Shown here: one piece after another, positions 24,579-39,133 of the stretch | How positions within the stretch are numbered: the stretch's first letter is position 1 | Layout of the letters: every line of letters begins with the position of its first letter | Made by a program: the position numbers and the translations under genes | NCBI RefSeq assembly: GCF_026210795.1 | Contig: NC_089433.1 | Span: 310,001 to 374,000 of the forward strand | DNA: 64,000 bases | Reading direction: 5' to 3' | Source: Rhizophagus irregularis | Taxonomy: Eukaryota | Notes under the pieces: model-generated | The model's database searches: none | What the model saw: only the letters and a program-made list of their open reading frames with translations | Told to the model about the DNA's origin: nothing

Positions 24579-26033
24579 ATGTCTTCAAAATTTTTGGCAG
24601 AATTATCTAACGACTATGAAAAACTTTTTGAAACAGAAATTGGATATGACGTTATTATCCATGCTGGAGAGGGACAAAATAGAAAAGAAATTCATGCTCA
24701 TTCAAATATTTTGTGTATTAGGTCTCAATATTTCAGTTCTGCATTTTCTAATGAATGGGCTGAGAAAAGAGATGGAAAATTTATTTTTAAAAAACCAAAT
24801 ATTTCACCTCAATTATTTAATATTATTCTTAGGTAATAACTTTAATAATTTATGATAAATTTTTTAATTTACACAATTTATAATTTTCTAACTGTTAAAT
24901 ATGTTAGGTTCATTTATTGTGGAATTATTGAATTGAAAAATTTACAAGGTCCTGATGTATTGGAGTTGTTGATAGCTGTGGATGAGCTAAATATCAATTC
25001 GTTAGTTTCCCACATTCAAGAATTTTTGATTGAACATAAAACTGAATTTTTACAACAAAATCCAACTGGAATTCTTGAAACAGTTTATCAACATGAAACA
25101 TTTACGGACTTATGGAATTTTTGTCTTGAAAAAATTTGTGAAGAACCTAAAATTTTATTCAGCTCTGATAAATTTATTAATTTAAAAGCTCCTTTATTGG
25201 AATTATTATTAAAAAGAGACGATTTAAATATGGATGAAATTGAAATTTGGGAGAATTTATTAAAATGGTGTTTTGCTCAACAAAATATGAAGAATGATCC
25301 AACAAAATGGAGTAAAGAAGATATTATAAGAGTTGAAAGAGAATTATACAGATTTATTCCCTTAATTCGATTTTATGATATTGAACCTACTGATTTCTTT
25401 TACAAAGTTTATTGTTGCAAAGACGTCTTACCGCAAGATTTAATTCATAATCTTTTAGAATTTTACATAGTAGTTCCTAATATGAAATTTAAAACTAATT
25501 TACCACCTTCAAGAAATCGGTATCATCTTGATTCAACCTTGATTGAATCAAAACATGTTCCTATTTTTGCTTCATGGATCGAGAGGAAAGATTCTTCACA
25601 TTATAATATGAAAAATATTCCATATGATTTTAAATTATTATATCGTTCAAATCGGGATGGAACTGACACTAAAACTTTTCATAAAAATTGTGACAATAAA
25701 GGAGCTACTATTTGGGTAGCAAAAATTAAAAATTCTACACAAATAATTGGAGGGTATAATCCACTTGATTGGAATGGTAATGGTTGGAAAACTACAGGAG
25801 ATAGCTTTATTTTTAATTTTACAGACGGAAAAAATATTTCTACTTCAAAAGTAAGCTATGTTAATTATCGGGAGTATGCTGTTTTTTGTCATGATACTTA
25901 TGGACCAACCATGGGCAATTTACACTGCCACCAGAATAAATGGTCTAATTCTGATGGCAATTATCCTAATATAGGAATTCCGGAAAACTTTATAGTAGAA
26001 AATTATGAAGTATTTCAAATAATTAAGAAATAA
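24579..26033 (+). CDS. BTB/BACK-TLDc protein, paralogue C
   Basis: Intron 24833-24907; same architecture, frame open. Confidence 0.92.
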
Positions 26034-26126
26034 GTTATTGAATAATGCCAATATATTTTTGAAATTTTTTTTTTAATAAAAAACTTATGAGAATCTTTTA
26101 GAAAAGACAGCAAACTAATGAACCTA

Positions 26127-26365
26127 CATCAGGAAGTTTTTAGGTGGGTCGATCCATGTAATTCCACGTGGGTTTGCTCAGAAATACGTGGAATTCCACA
26201 CATTTCCAATATCCTACATGGATCCACACCGAATTTCGTGGACTTATGCCGAAAATACCACGTGTTTCGTCACAGGGTATTCGGAAAATATTTAGATTTC
26301 CACATATTTCACAGTATTTGATGTGGATTTCCATGTGGATTTTAAACGGAAAAAAATTCCTGATG
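26127..26365. mobile_element. MITE, 239 bp, TA target-site duplication (Tc1/mariner-like)
   Basis: TIR CATCAGGAA(G/T)TTTTT; TA on both sides; absent from the paralogous intergenic site at ~23965-23980. Confidence 0.9.
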
Positions 26366-27012
26366 TATGAGAATGGATAAAATGATTGTTCCCAAGATAA
26401 AAATTTATTACATTTAAGTGCTTTATTTTTTTCAGCTTTTACTTACACGTTCAAAAAGACATTAAAATTATAAAAATTTATTAGGTGTTTTTCTCAACAC
26501 CTTATTGATATTAATGTAAAAAAAATGATTTTAGAGATAGTAAATTGTTTATTAACAACTTATGTGTAACGCATTTATTTCTTTTAATTTTTTTTTATTA
26601 ATAAGTAGTAAGTCATAAGAGACTAGTGAACTTAATAAATGAAATACTGTGTAAAAAAATACGAGTTTACATAATTATAAACAAACTTGTGATGCATCAT
26701 TTGAGATTTTTTGATCATTTAAGATTTTGATATCACGATTATGTGAGTTCTGATAAAAATGCGACTGAATATTAGCAAAGGGATTCAATAAATCAGTAAG
26801 ATCCGTAGTTTTTAACATCTTAACAATAATACTTCTATTATTGGACACTCGTAATAATTTGTCACATGACTTAAAAAAAATGAATGACACAATCTACAGT
26901 AACTGTTTCTAGAAATTCATGGTACACAAAATACGCAATCGACATAAAATTATTTAAATAAAGTTATGGCTTTCAAACTTAAAATTTATTGTTTTTTTAC
27001 ATTAAAAAAATC

Positions 27013-28469
27013 ATGTCTTCAAAATTTTTGGCAGAATTATCTAACGACTATGAAAAACTTTTTGAAACAGAAATTGGATATGACGTTATTATCCATGCTG
27101 GAGAGGGACAAAATAGAAAAGAAATTCATGCTCATTCAAATATTTTGTGTATTAGGTCTCAATATTTCCGTTCTGCATTTTCTAATGAATGGGCTGAGAA
27201 AAGAGATGGAAAATTTATTTTTAAAAAACCAAATATTTCACCCCAATTATTTAATATTATTCTTAGGTAATAATTTAATAATTTATGATAAATTTTTTAA
27301 TTTATACAATTTATAATTTTCTAATTGTTAAATATCATATTAGGTTCATTTATTGTGGAAATATTGAATTGAAAAATTTACAAGGTCCTGATGTATTGGA
27401 GTTGTTGATAGCTGTGGATGAACTAAATATCAATTCGTTAGTTTCCCACATTCAAGAATTTTTGATTGAACATAAAACTGAATTTTTAAAACAAAATCCA
27501 ACTGGAATTCTTGAAACAGTTTATCAACATGAAACATTTACGGATTTATGGAATTTTTGTCTTGAAAAAATTTGTGAAGAACCTAAAATTTTATTCAGCT
27601 CTGATAAATTTATTAGTTTAAAAGCTCCTTTGTTAGAATTTTTATTAAAAAGAGACGACATAAATATAGATGAAATTGAAATTTGGGAGAATTTATTAAA
27701 ATGGTGTTTTGCACAACAAAATATTAAGGATGATTCAACAAAATGGAGTAAAGAAGATATTATAAGAGTTGAAAGAGAATTATACAGATTTATTCCCTTA
27801 ATTCGATTTTATGATATTGAACCTACTGATTTCTTTTACAAAGTTTATTGTTACAAAGACGTCTTACCGCAAGATTTAATTCATAATCTTTTAGAATTTT
27901 ACATAGTTCCTAATATGAAATTTAAAACTAATTTACCACCTTCAAGAAATCGGTATCATCTTGATTCAACCTTGATTGAATCAAAACATGTTCCTATTTT
28001 TGCTTCATGGATTGAGAGGAAAGATTCTTCACATTATAATATGAAAAATATTCCATATGATTTTAAATTATTATATCGTTCAAATCGGGATGGAACTGAC
28101 ACTAAAACTTTTCATGAAAATTGTGACAATAAAGGAGCTACTATTTGGGTAGCAAAAATTAAAGATTCTACACAAATAATTGGAGGGTATAATCCACTTG
28201 ATTGGAATGGTAATAATTGGAAAACTACAACAGATAGCTTTATTTTTAATTTTACAGATGGAAAAAATATTTCTACTGCGAAAGTAGGTTATGTTATCAA
28301 TCAGAAGTCAGCTGTTTTTTGTTATGGCACTTATGGACCAACCATGGGCAATTTACACTGCAACCGGAATAAATGGTCTAATTCTGATTGCAATTATCCT
28401 AATGTAGGAATTCCAGAAAATAATTTCACAGTAGAATATTATGAAGTATTTCAAGTAATTAATAAATAA
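27013..28469 (+). CDS. BTB/BACK-TLDc protein, paralogue D
   Basis: ATG at 27013, intron 27267-27343; same architecture, frame open. Confidence 0.92.
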
Positions 28470-29487
28470 GAACTGAATCATTAATGAATAATTAATAAAA
28501 TTGTATATTTTATTGAATTTGTTCAAAAAAAAAATTTAGAGGCCACTATTAATAAAATATTGCAATACTTTCAACAAACTTTTGTGCATATTCAATTTAT
28601 TGGATGGTTTAATCCCAAATCATTTTATAATAACTGAAATGATGCTATAAAAAATTCCAGTCTGACTAAACCGCGACTAAACCGCCGCGGCTGATATAAT
28701 AATTATATACTGTAATTACTGTACATTTATAGAAAAATATTTATTATTGAGAATTTGTATAATACAAAAAGAAATACATACAGGTTGAGGCGTTGAGATT
28801 TCTTATTCACTGTGCACACTTGACCCCCTATAAAAAATCAAAAAATTTAATGAATATCTATTTATCTATAAGTAATAATTCTATCAAGCTGACGAAATAC
28901 GAGACAGAGTATTTCTGTATTTGAATCCAAACCTATTATTGTACATCTTTTTATCTGTAACTAAATTTCTTGTTGCGGGATAAGTATTTTTTATCATTAA
29001 AATGATAAAGTTTCAGCAGTTGATATTTGAGCTTCGCTTTTGGAGTCATCTTCACGCACTTTCAGAATAGGCTTCCTTTCAGAAATTTCATGAGTTTTGT
29101 TTTCTTTAACTATTATTTGTAATTTAGAATATCAAACTCAAAATTATATTTATTAGCCTATTTGAAATATTTGATTAAAAATGATCAAATTAATACGATC
29201 TTATTAATTTTAAACTTATCATTCCCGCTCAGAATTAATATTATCTTATTTATCTGTTATTACTTTTTTTATGGGTAGAATTTTAAAAAAAAAAATTTAC
29301 TCAAAATATATTTTTAGTTGTAGATTATATTACTTTGGAATTAAAGTACAATAAAATAATTTTATAAAATTAAAATATCAGTTGGATGATAATATACATT
29401 ATTAAATTTAATGTATAAAAATAATTTGAAGAACGACAAAATATGGAAATTTGAATAAACAATAAACGTACTATGTCTTAATCGTAT

Positions 29488-30055
29488 TCACTCATTTTAC
29501 CGACACCTGTTTCATCGACATAAAATTTATCGACGTCATTTTGCCTACTTGCCATTTCACCGACATCACATTTGTCCGAAACCTATTTTAACGAATCCCT
29601 ATTATCCCTATTTTACCGACAAATCATTTTGCCAACAGAACGACATAGTATTGACTATCATGAAATTTTGCCTTTGATTTATTTTACGGTATTAATAAGA
29701 AAGCAAGGAATATTTTCAATGATATAAATTTTTTTGTCTCTAAATTCTAACCGTACTACTTGAAAAAATAAATAGAGAAAAAAATTACAAAGGAATAATT
29801 ACATTTGTACTATATAAGCTTGCATTACTAATACACTTTGTAATTAGTTTGTTGACCTTCTTTCACATTTTCAGGACTCGGAATAATTTGAAATTAAGGC
29901 GCAGTAAGAAATAAGGCGCAGCTAATAAGTTAAGTCGGTTTTACATGTCAGTAAAATGACATTTCGGTGAAATGGAGTAGGTAAATTTTCATGTCGGTAA
30001 AATGAAAGTTCGCAAAATGGCGTCGGTTAATTTCATGTCGGTGAAATGGCTCTGT
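29488..30055. mobile_element. Foldback-type non-autonomous DNA element with repetitive inverted arms
   Basis: Left arm has repeated CATTT(C/T)ACCGAC motifs (29490-29640), right arm their reverse complement GTCGGT(G/A)AAATG (29935-30050); exact ends and TSD not resolved. Confidence 0.65.
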
Positions 30056-30747
30056 AAATTTTACTGTACCCTAATGAGACGATTAGATACTGCGGAATTG
30101 CTGAATTGAATTTATCACGCGATATATGTAAAATAGTGAAAAGATGATATATTCTGAAGTTAGATAACTTGATGATTTCGATAAAATAGAGAAAATAGTG
30201 ATAAAATAATGAGTTAAAGCAGAATTCTTTAAGAAAAATCATTGATAAAATCCACTAAAAATTCAGAATTCACACTTTATTATCACGTGGCTGTTATGAA
30301 TTTCACGTGAACAAACGAGAGAAACATCGGATATGCAACGTAGCGCATTCTTTTTATTTTTATGTCAGTCGTTTAAAAATTTTGGTAGAAATTATGTCAT
30401 AGTGTAAATTTGAAAAATGATTATGAATATCATGCAAATACGGGTCGTTTTATTTCTTTATTCCTCAATATTAAATGTATCGTTAGCACTTTTTAAAATA
30501 AATATAAGAAATCATGTATAAAAGGGATTTCAAGCGCTGCGAATATATTTTATACATTTTAATTAATTTCGGAATAATTTTCCGAACTTTATAATAAATA
30601 TAATATTTTATTTATATTAAAAATATAAACTGTAAGAGTCATTAATTTTAACAATCTATTTAACAAAATATAAATTTTTAATCTACATTTTTTATATTCC
30701 CTAACACCCCTCCTAACAAGTTAAGAATTTATAAGTATATAGTAACA

Positions 30748-32850
30748 TTATCTAGGTAAAGTAGAAACTGACATAGTTGAACTTGATGATGAACTTGAAA
30801 CTATTGAAGTTTTTCTATTTAAAATTCTTTTCATTTTACGTAATGTTAATGGACTTGCATCTATTTCTGGACCAAATGATTTTAAGGTTTTTAATTCTAA
30901 AATTGATTCAAAGTTTGAAAATTCTGATTTTTTTGTAGTATTTGATCTTTTAAGATTTTCTTCCGCTGATAATAAACTTTTTTCTAAAGTTTCAATTGGA
31001 TATGATGTCATTGATGATGATTTTGGTTTTCTTCGGACCGTATATGTTGATGATAATACGCTACTTGTTATTTTAGCTAATAATTCATCCGGTTTTTTAA
31101 TTGAACCACTTCTTTTAATAGAATTTTTTGATTTCAACGTAGCTGTAGAAGTAGATTTTGATATGGATGTGGGACTTTCAGTAGTATCAGGGATATTATT
31201 AACAGTTGATTTTGGCGGAGATTTATTTTTCGAGGTAAATAATATTAATTCATCTAATGTTTTCTCTTTGTAAGGTGCCAATGATTTCTCTTTAGAAGGT
31301 GACAATGATTTCTCTTTAGAAGGTGACAATGATTCCTCTTTAGAAGGTGATGATGATTTCTCTTTATAAGGTGACCATGATTCCTCTTTAGAAGGTGGTG
31401 ATGATTTCTCTTTATAAGGTGACCATGATTCCTCTTTAGAAGATGGTAATGATTTCTCTTTATAAGGTGACCATGATTCCTCTTTAGAAGATGGTAATGA
31501 TTTCTCTTTATAAGGTGGCCATGATTCCTCTTTAGGAGGAGGTAATGATTTCTCTTTAGAAGGTGACCATGATTCCTCTTTAGGAGGAGGTAATGATTTC
31601 TCTTTAGAAGATAGCCATGATTCCTCTTTAGGAGGTGGCATGGGAAAGGCTTGTAATAACGGAGATGGAATCGAAGAAAATGAATCACGTTTCTGAGAAG
31701 TTTTTGATGATTTGGAAGAAGATAGTGATTGTAAAGGAAGAGAGCGAGGCATCAATCTATTATAGGTAATAAACATTGTATTTTGCATAATCTTTTGATA
31801 AAGTCCTTGCCTAATAATAATAAAGTGAATGAATTAAATTAAATTAACTTTTTGAAATTTTTTTTTTTTTAAAAAAAAAAAAAAGTATGAATAATAATAT
31901 ATGATTTACTTACGTTAAAATTTCTTTATAAGGTTCAACAAGATCATAAAATATTTTAGGAGGAATATTTGTGAAACGAATAAGTGGAACACAACGTTGT
32001 AAACTAGTTTGTAATTTACTATAATCTAAAGGAGTCCAATTACGAATATCTTTTTCAAGTAGATCAATATTTTGATTTATACCCCAATTTAATACTGTAT
32101 TCCAAATTTTTTCTTCAGTTACATCTTTAAATCTACGATGTTGTAATAATTGAACTAAAATATTTTCAGGGATAATATTAAAATGATTAGAATCGAATAA
32201 TAAATAAGAATGATTTCTTAACATATCATTAACGAATTCATGTAATAATCTGAATGATGAAGAATTTGAATGTGTTTTAATTAAAACGTAAACGAAATTT
32301 GATTTTAACCAATCAGTCAATTGATATATCATATAATTTTCAATATATTGTATCAATTGATATAACCATAATTTTTCCGCCGCGATGATATAATCGAATA
32401 AATATTTTACATCTTTTTCATTTTTGAGAGATATTTTTCCTGTATAAAGGAATCTAGACGAAAAAGAAAAAAAGAAATAATTAAATTACTATACGTACTA
32501 CATGAAATGTATGTGTATATATATATATATATAAATACTTACTTTAAGATAACCTCAAATACTTCTGGTTGAATATTCGATTGAGTTATTTCAATTAATG
32601 AATTTCTTTTATTCAAATAACCGTTCGATAATATAGCACGAAAATATAAGGACCTTGCGCTTAATATACTCGTATGTGCTTTAAAACTTTTTACATTAGG
32701 AGCTTCACCAATATTTATTATCGCATCGTGATTATTAGATTCTTTAAGAAGCCAATACATGTCATTTATGAGACCTTTTTGTAATTCTGAAACCATATTA
32801 TTAAGTTTCAATTGTGGTAATAAAAAATTATCACTCTTTGTGACGTTCAT
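30748..32850 (-). CDS. BTB/BACK protein with a Ser/Pro/Lys-rich repetitive C-terminus (no TLDc)
   Basis: Exons 32850-32543, 32453-31914 and 31810-30748 splice in frame (EVILKFLYTG; ILTQGLYQKIMQ); BTB motif FKAHTSILSARSLYF; BACK-like EEKIWNTVLNWG, PLIRF. Confidence 0.88.
31261..31635 (-). repeat. Coding 21-bp (42-bp dimeric) minisatellite encoding alternating KEESWSP / KEKSLPP heptads
   Basis: Direct reading; about 17-18 heptad units. Confidence 0.9.
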
Positions 32851-34273
32851 TTTTTTTTTAAATTTCTTCGTTTTTAAAATGGGTATAAAAAATGCTTTAT
32901 TAGAAAATTTTTCAAGTTGAAAATGAAAAAAAAAAAACCGAAAAAAAATTGATCAATATATATATTTAAATTTTGAGAAACAACACGAAGAACATATGAG
33001 GATACAATAATAAATTATTTTAAATAAAGAAAGAAAGTAAGAAAGAGATCAGAAATTCGAGAAAGAGATCGTAGGTATCACCTTGTGACAGAATAGAAAC
33101 GTTACACCAGAACAAGCCAGAGAATCCGATCGGATGTTCGGATGTAACAGCATCGAATATTAAGCTTATTTCGGATTTGAAAATCATGGGTGATTAACAT
33201 GACTATCGTTGACTATCTATATAAGAAATTAATTAATACATCGGACAGAACTAGTCAATGCTTTAACTTTAACCGAAATTATCGGAAATTATTATATTGT
33301 GATATGAAACATTTACGTATCTATTTTTTTTAGGAATTCAAGTCCGAAAATAGATTTTCATATTGTCTCTAACATGCATGGAATCACAAGTATCATATAA
33401 TAATTGTCTATTTTTTGCCAAGTAATTTCTAGATTTTATCTTCTGATTTTATCAAAAATTTGTTTAACGCCGTCGCCGTTTAACGAGATTGATTAAGATA
33501 AGAGATGGGTATCACGATATAACTTTTGAAAAAAAAAAAATAAAGTTTGCGAAAACTGTCTATCTCAGCGACTTATCGATCGATCGTTTGCGTTTTTTTC
33601 GGATTTTCAATTTTTTTTTCTTTATGTGTAATAAAACTTTATAAACTTTATAAAACTGCAAAGTATACGTTATGTTTCTATACAATTTATTCAAAGAACC
33701 CAAAAAGGTTCAAAACCCAATTTTTATACAACATACCAAAAACAAAAATTAATAATATAATAAAATTTACGTAAAATAGTTAGAATTCCTCTAATCAATT
33801 TAACTAGCTAAATAAATTAAAAAAAACCGAAACTTTATAAAAAACGAGAAACGTCCGAATTCAAAATTTTTAAAGTTAACAGATTTACAAAATAATTTAT
33901 AATTTATGTAATTTTAAAATTTTATGAACCAATGAAAAACTTTTAAAATTTTAAAAATTTTCCTAAAAAAGAAATATGAATTAATTTATTGTTCAAAAAT
34001 TTTCTCACGACAATATGTTGTGATACTTGGAAAAACTTTATTTATCACTAAAAGCAATGTTGTTTATCGCCGGTAAAAAATCTCGATTATTATCTAATAA
34101 TTACGTTATGCGTTATGATAGTCAAAAAAAAATTTTTCGCCATATGTTATACAGAATTTTAAGGTTTTATCGTTTTGGGGAAATTTTGTTGTAGATTAGA
34201 GATAAAGCGGATAAAATTTTTTTCATGTGGAACAAAGAGAATGTTATTGTATATTTGTATATTCCATTATTTT

Positions 34274-34322
<49 letters not shown>

Positions 34323-36878
34323 CTTTTTTTTTCGTTGTTTGTTTTTTTTTTATTTTCCTTGTTTTTTTTCTTTTTTGTGCTTGCAAAAAAAAAATAATAT
34401 TTATTTTATAAAATTAGCCGGTAATTTACAATATGCTCGATCAAATTTAAGGTGATCGAGCGTTTAATCTAATTGTAGTGGTTTCAAAATTTATGTCGGT
34501 CAAAAATTTTTATTCTGTTTAAATTTAATTTTTATATTTTGTTTTCCCGCTCGAATCTTTTTTTTAATATTTAGATAATTAGATATTTTGTTCACAGTTC
34601 ATATACATATTAATAATTAGGTTAGCCGGTTAAGGCATTTCAAAACTTGGTTATTCGAAACTCACCGTGTCTTTTAAATGAAAATTATCTAAATTTGAAT
34701 AATTTTTTAATTCTGAAATTCTTTTAATATATCAATCCAATATGATTTGTTTTTTCGATACTCTGAATTATTTTTACATCTAAATAAAAATTAAAAATCT
34801 GCGTTTAACATAAAAAAAAAATTTAACGTGAAATTTGGTTTTTTTGATACACTTCATGAAACTTAAAATCAAAACGTAAAATTAAAGTTGATTACATAAA
34901 AAAGCTTACCTTAATACTAACACTTTTGTGTGATGGAAATAATATTGGCGATATTACTGCACAAATATTTGCCTACCCCAGAAACTACCTTTCCTAATTA
35001 ACGTCTTTTTTAGGTTGTACATACGTCAATCCAAAATACTTTAAGAAATTTACACTTATTAATAAATTATTTTAAATCGGTACAATCAATTTTATCAATT
35101 TTTGCAAAATTTTAAGGTATAATATTGCGTTAATATTCAATTGAGCGAAACAAAATAAGCTTTTAAGCGCGTTATAAACGCAATTTATGTATTAAAAGCA
35201 AATTTCATATAAGTTGCAAAGATTGATGCCGGGTTGCCAGGTTTCCGGCAAATAGAAAATAAACACGTGACTTATTCTTGAATTTTTTCGCGAATTATTA
35301 TGATCCGGTTAACCGGTTCCGGCCTAATTATAATAAATACTGAAATACTGAATTATAAACAACTTATTTTAGTAATAATACATAAAAATAGAACTGTTTA
35401 TACATATAAAATAATTATATTTTAGGAAAAAAAAAAATTATTAAAATAGGGTTAGTTGATTTAGGGAATATTATTGGCTGAATGTCATGTGCATGGTACC
35501 GTTGCGCTTTTCGCGTTACTTTATGAACAATGAATCGACCTTATGTTAGTTTTAGATACTGTTTCACGCTTGCATAAGTATCACTTTGATAAAATAAAAA
35601 TAAATAAAATATTCGGTACCGTGGCTTGCACTAATAAATAATCCAAAAATCAGTAATAGATATATTGATAAAATAGTCTTAATATTTGCACGGTTTTTTC
35701 CTATAATTTCATCTTGGAATGTATATTATTGATTTATTCAATTATATTCTCGTATCTTACCTATAAAAAACGAATTTTTTTTTTCCTATTAAATAAAATA
35801 TATTGAAAATCATAGGAATATAAGGTGAACTATCAAGTTTTGTAAATACTTTTATAAAAATTATCCCTTTTATTACGATTATTAATTAATATAAACTAAA
35901 ATTTAATGTAAATTTTAAAATAATCTATTCAACTTAATTACTAAAATTTTTTTAAAAGTAAAAAAGGGGTATCCTTTTTTATTAAGAACTACAAACACAT
36001 TTTAAAATAAATATTCTCTCGTTTTGCGAAAATTTCTAAACTTTATAGATAAATGTTGTACTAAATCTGACTCGTCAAGTCACGTTACTGAACATTTTTT
36101 GGAAAAGTGCAAATGGTTGTACATATAATACGTTACACAGAATGAATTTATAGACATACAGAAGTACTAGTAGTACATACATACCCCTACAACTACATTT
36201 GGATTGGATTTTCCAGTTGTAACGTTCCAACAGGAACACATTCACATATAATGGGGCAATTCTATCATCGTCTTGTACTTTTTGTTCCAATTAATTTTTT
36301 TAATTTTTGGTATAACGGATTATGATTTCGAGCTCTTGCTCGTTTCTCTTATAATCAGTTAAAAATTCCAAGTCGTTAATTGTAAATTAACTTCGACGCT
36401 CCAAAAACAAGAAATATAATACCTTTTTATATTGTTCATCGCCTAACGGCAGTGTAAACAATTATTCACTTTCAACCTCAAATTTCATATAAACAGCGTT
36501 AATAAAATATACAATTTCATTTCTTTCGTTCCGCACGTTTGATCTTATTTTGCTGTTAAAAACATATTCCCTTAATCCCTTGTCAAATATCCATATATAT
36601 TAACCCAGTCGCTCGAAAAAACTCTTAGACACTAAAAGCCTAAATAATTGCTCGAACAATAGACTTGGAATACTGCGCCACAAATCCGAATCAAAGAAAA
36701 TAGGCTGAAAATGGTTTTTTTTTTACACAAAAGAAAATCCATTAAGAATCAATCCATTGAAAATAGCATCCATTGAAAATAGTATAAATAAAAATGGGCA
36801 AATTTTCGTTGTACATGCCCCAAAATATGCCCGCCAAAATACTGTTGTGACATATCTGATATGCTTATCTCATTATAG

Positions 36879-38168
36879 TCAAAACTAAATAGATTATTGG
36901 AGGACAAAATAATCGATTATCATGACTCTTTTAATCTTATCCGTTCCAAATTTATTGGCTCGGGATCCGCTTCTGTTTATGTAGCAAATTGGAAGAATAC
37001 GTCAACAAAATATGCAATCAAAAGATGTGTCGATGATAAAGAGGTATGTTACCGATAACAGTTTTTGTATAAACTATAGAATATAGATTATTTAAAAATT
37101 ATTTCTTTTCTAGGTTTATTTAACATATTTGGCTAATTCTCATGAAAATATAATTCAATTTCGTGGAGTTATGAATATAGAAGGTAAAATAAATAACAAT
37201 TTTGCGATAAATATAAAGTATTTTATTAACATGTTAATAACCTTTAGATGATGAAAAGTATTCTCTTGTTCTTGAATATGCGGAAGGTGGGACATTAGGA
37301 AAATATTTAAGGGACGATACTATAACTTTGAAATGGGAGAACCAATTAAAGTTTGCTAAAGAGATTACAAGTGCGATTTTATGGCTACATGTTGACAAGG
37401 GAATCGTACACGGGGATATTGTAAGTGTATCATATGTTATTTACGTAATTATCTTAATAAAGTTTTTATCGTTTATCTCGTAAAAAAAAAATTACCATAT
37501 TGCGTAATTAACATTCATTTTTTTTTTAGCATCCCAATAATATCTTAATACACAAAGATACAATAAAATTGGCGGATTTTGGACGTTCATGTCAAAGAGA
37601 GTCGGAATGTTATAATACTGAAGTATGGGGTGTATTACCTTATATTGACCCTAAAATGTTGGAAGAATTGGTTGAACCTTTTCCGAATATTAATCAAGTC
37701 GGTCAAAAACTTCCATATAAGCCAAACGAAAAATCTGATATATATAGTTTGGGAGTTTTGTTCTGGGAGTTAACTAGCCGCTTGCCACCGTTTGATGGTC
37801 TTGGAGATGATATTATTATGTTGAAAATTCTTAATGGTTTGAGAGAAAAGCCTGTTCCAAACACGAATGTTAAATACAATGGACTTTATAAGGGTAAGTG
37901 TAAAAATAATTTCGAAGCAATGATTCCTTTGGATCTAGTACAACCTTTATTATTCTTGTTGTTGCAATCTAATTTTTAATCTATTTGAATAGAATGTTGG
38001 AAACAAGAACCGGATGAACGACCACACATTTCCAAAGTAAATGAAGTACTTAATATTATTGATTCTGAAAACAATAATTTATCTACCGTTCCTTATTATA
38101 AAGAAGGCGAAGAAAGTATTGTACATTCGTGTCAAATTGTTTTAAATAAGCTTAGTCAAAAACTTTAG
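36879..38168 (+). CDS. TKL-like protein kinase, tandem copy 1 (start codon uncertain)
   Basis: Spliced frame IGSGSASVY, YAIK, LVLEYAEGG, VHGDIHPNN, ADFG, PYIDP, SDIYSLG, CWKQEPDERP; five GT-AG introns. Confidence 0.75.
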
Positions 38169-39133
38169 ATTATTTCACAGTTTTTTAGATTTTTCGTTAC
38201 TGTTTTTTTCCATTTTTCCATTCGAATAGAGTATCTATTTTACACGAACATTTGTAATAATAAACTAAAAATTTTCTATATACAGTATAATACGTAATAT
38301 GAAATCGTCTTATCGTTATGTATAAGCATTTTTTGCGTTTTTTTTGTTAAGAACTACGAGCATTTTTAAAATAAATGTTTCGTTTTGAAAAAACCGTAAA
38401 ATTTTTCTAAGACAAATGTTGTACAAAATAAATCTGACTCGCCAAGTAGTACGTATAATATGTTCGTTGACGGAATGATTATAAAGTAGTACATACCTAC
38501 AGGCTACAGGTGGTTTTATTTTGGAATTGATTTTCCAGTTGCTTCCATCAGAAACACAAAATGTTCATTCACATATAATGGAGCAATTCTGTCGTCTTGT
38601 ACTTTTTGTTCCAACTAATTCTTAGAACTGATTGTTTTCGACCACTTGCTAGTTTCTCTTATAATTAGTTGAAAACTCCAAGTCGTTAGTTGTAAATTAA
38701 CTTCGATTCCCAAAAAAATATAATACCTTTTTATATTACTCATCGCCTAACGTCACAGTGCAAACTATTATTCACTTTCAACCTCAAAATTTTGCACAAA
38801 ACGAAGGCACGTTTGATCCTATTTTGCTGTTAAAAAGTATACTATCTTAATCCTTTTCAAAGATCTATATATTAACTCAGTCGCTCGGAAAACTTTAGAA
38901 CACTAAAAAGCCTAAAGAATTGCTTGAACAATAGACTTGGAATACTGCGCCACAAAATTCGAGAATTTAGCGATATTTATATTTAAAATGGTTTTTTTTT
39001 TACACAATAGTAAAAACTTACAAAGATTGTTCGCTATATGATCTACAATTATACTACAATATGATATATATGTCATTATGCATATGTCATTATGCCATTA
39101 TATGCATCTGTGGCATATGATTGTCTCATTATA

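Noticed and set aside
20325..28469. Diversity-generating retroelement hypothesis (RT near genes with variable C-termini)
   Set aside because: The RTs are LINE-type with APE, TSD and poly(A); no template repeat was found; variation includes indels and non-adenine changes
31254..31688. 144-aa overlapping His-rich ORF (LLKRNH repeats)
   Set aside because: Alternative frame of the coding minisatellite
34268..34380. Long poly(T) tract as a possible retro-insertion tail, with poly-Phe ORFs
   Set aside because: No TSD or element body identifiable; the ORFs are low-complexity artefacts
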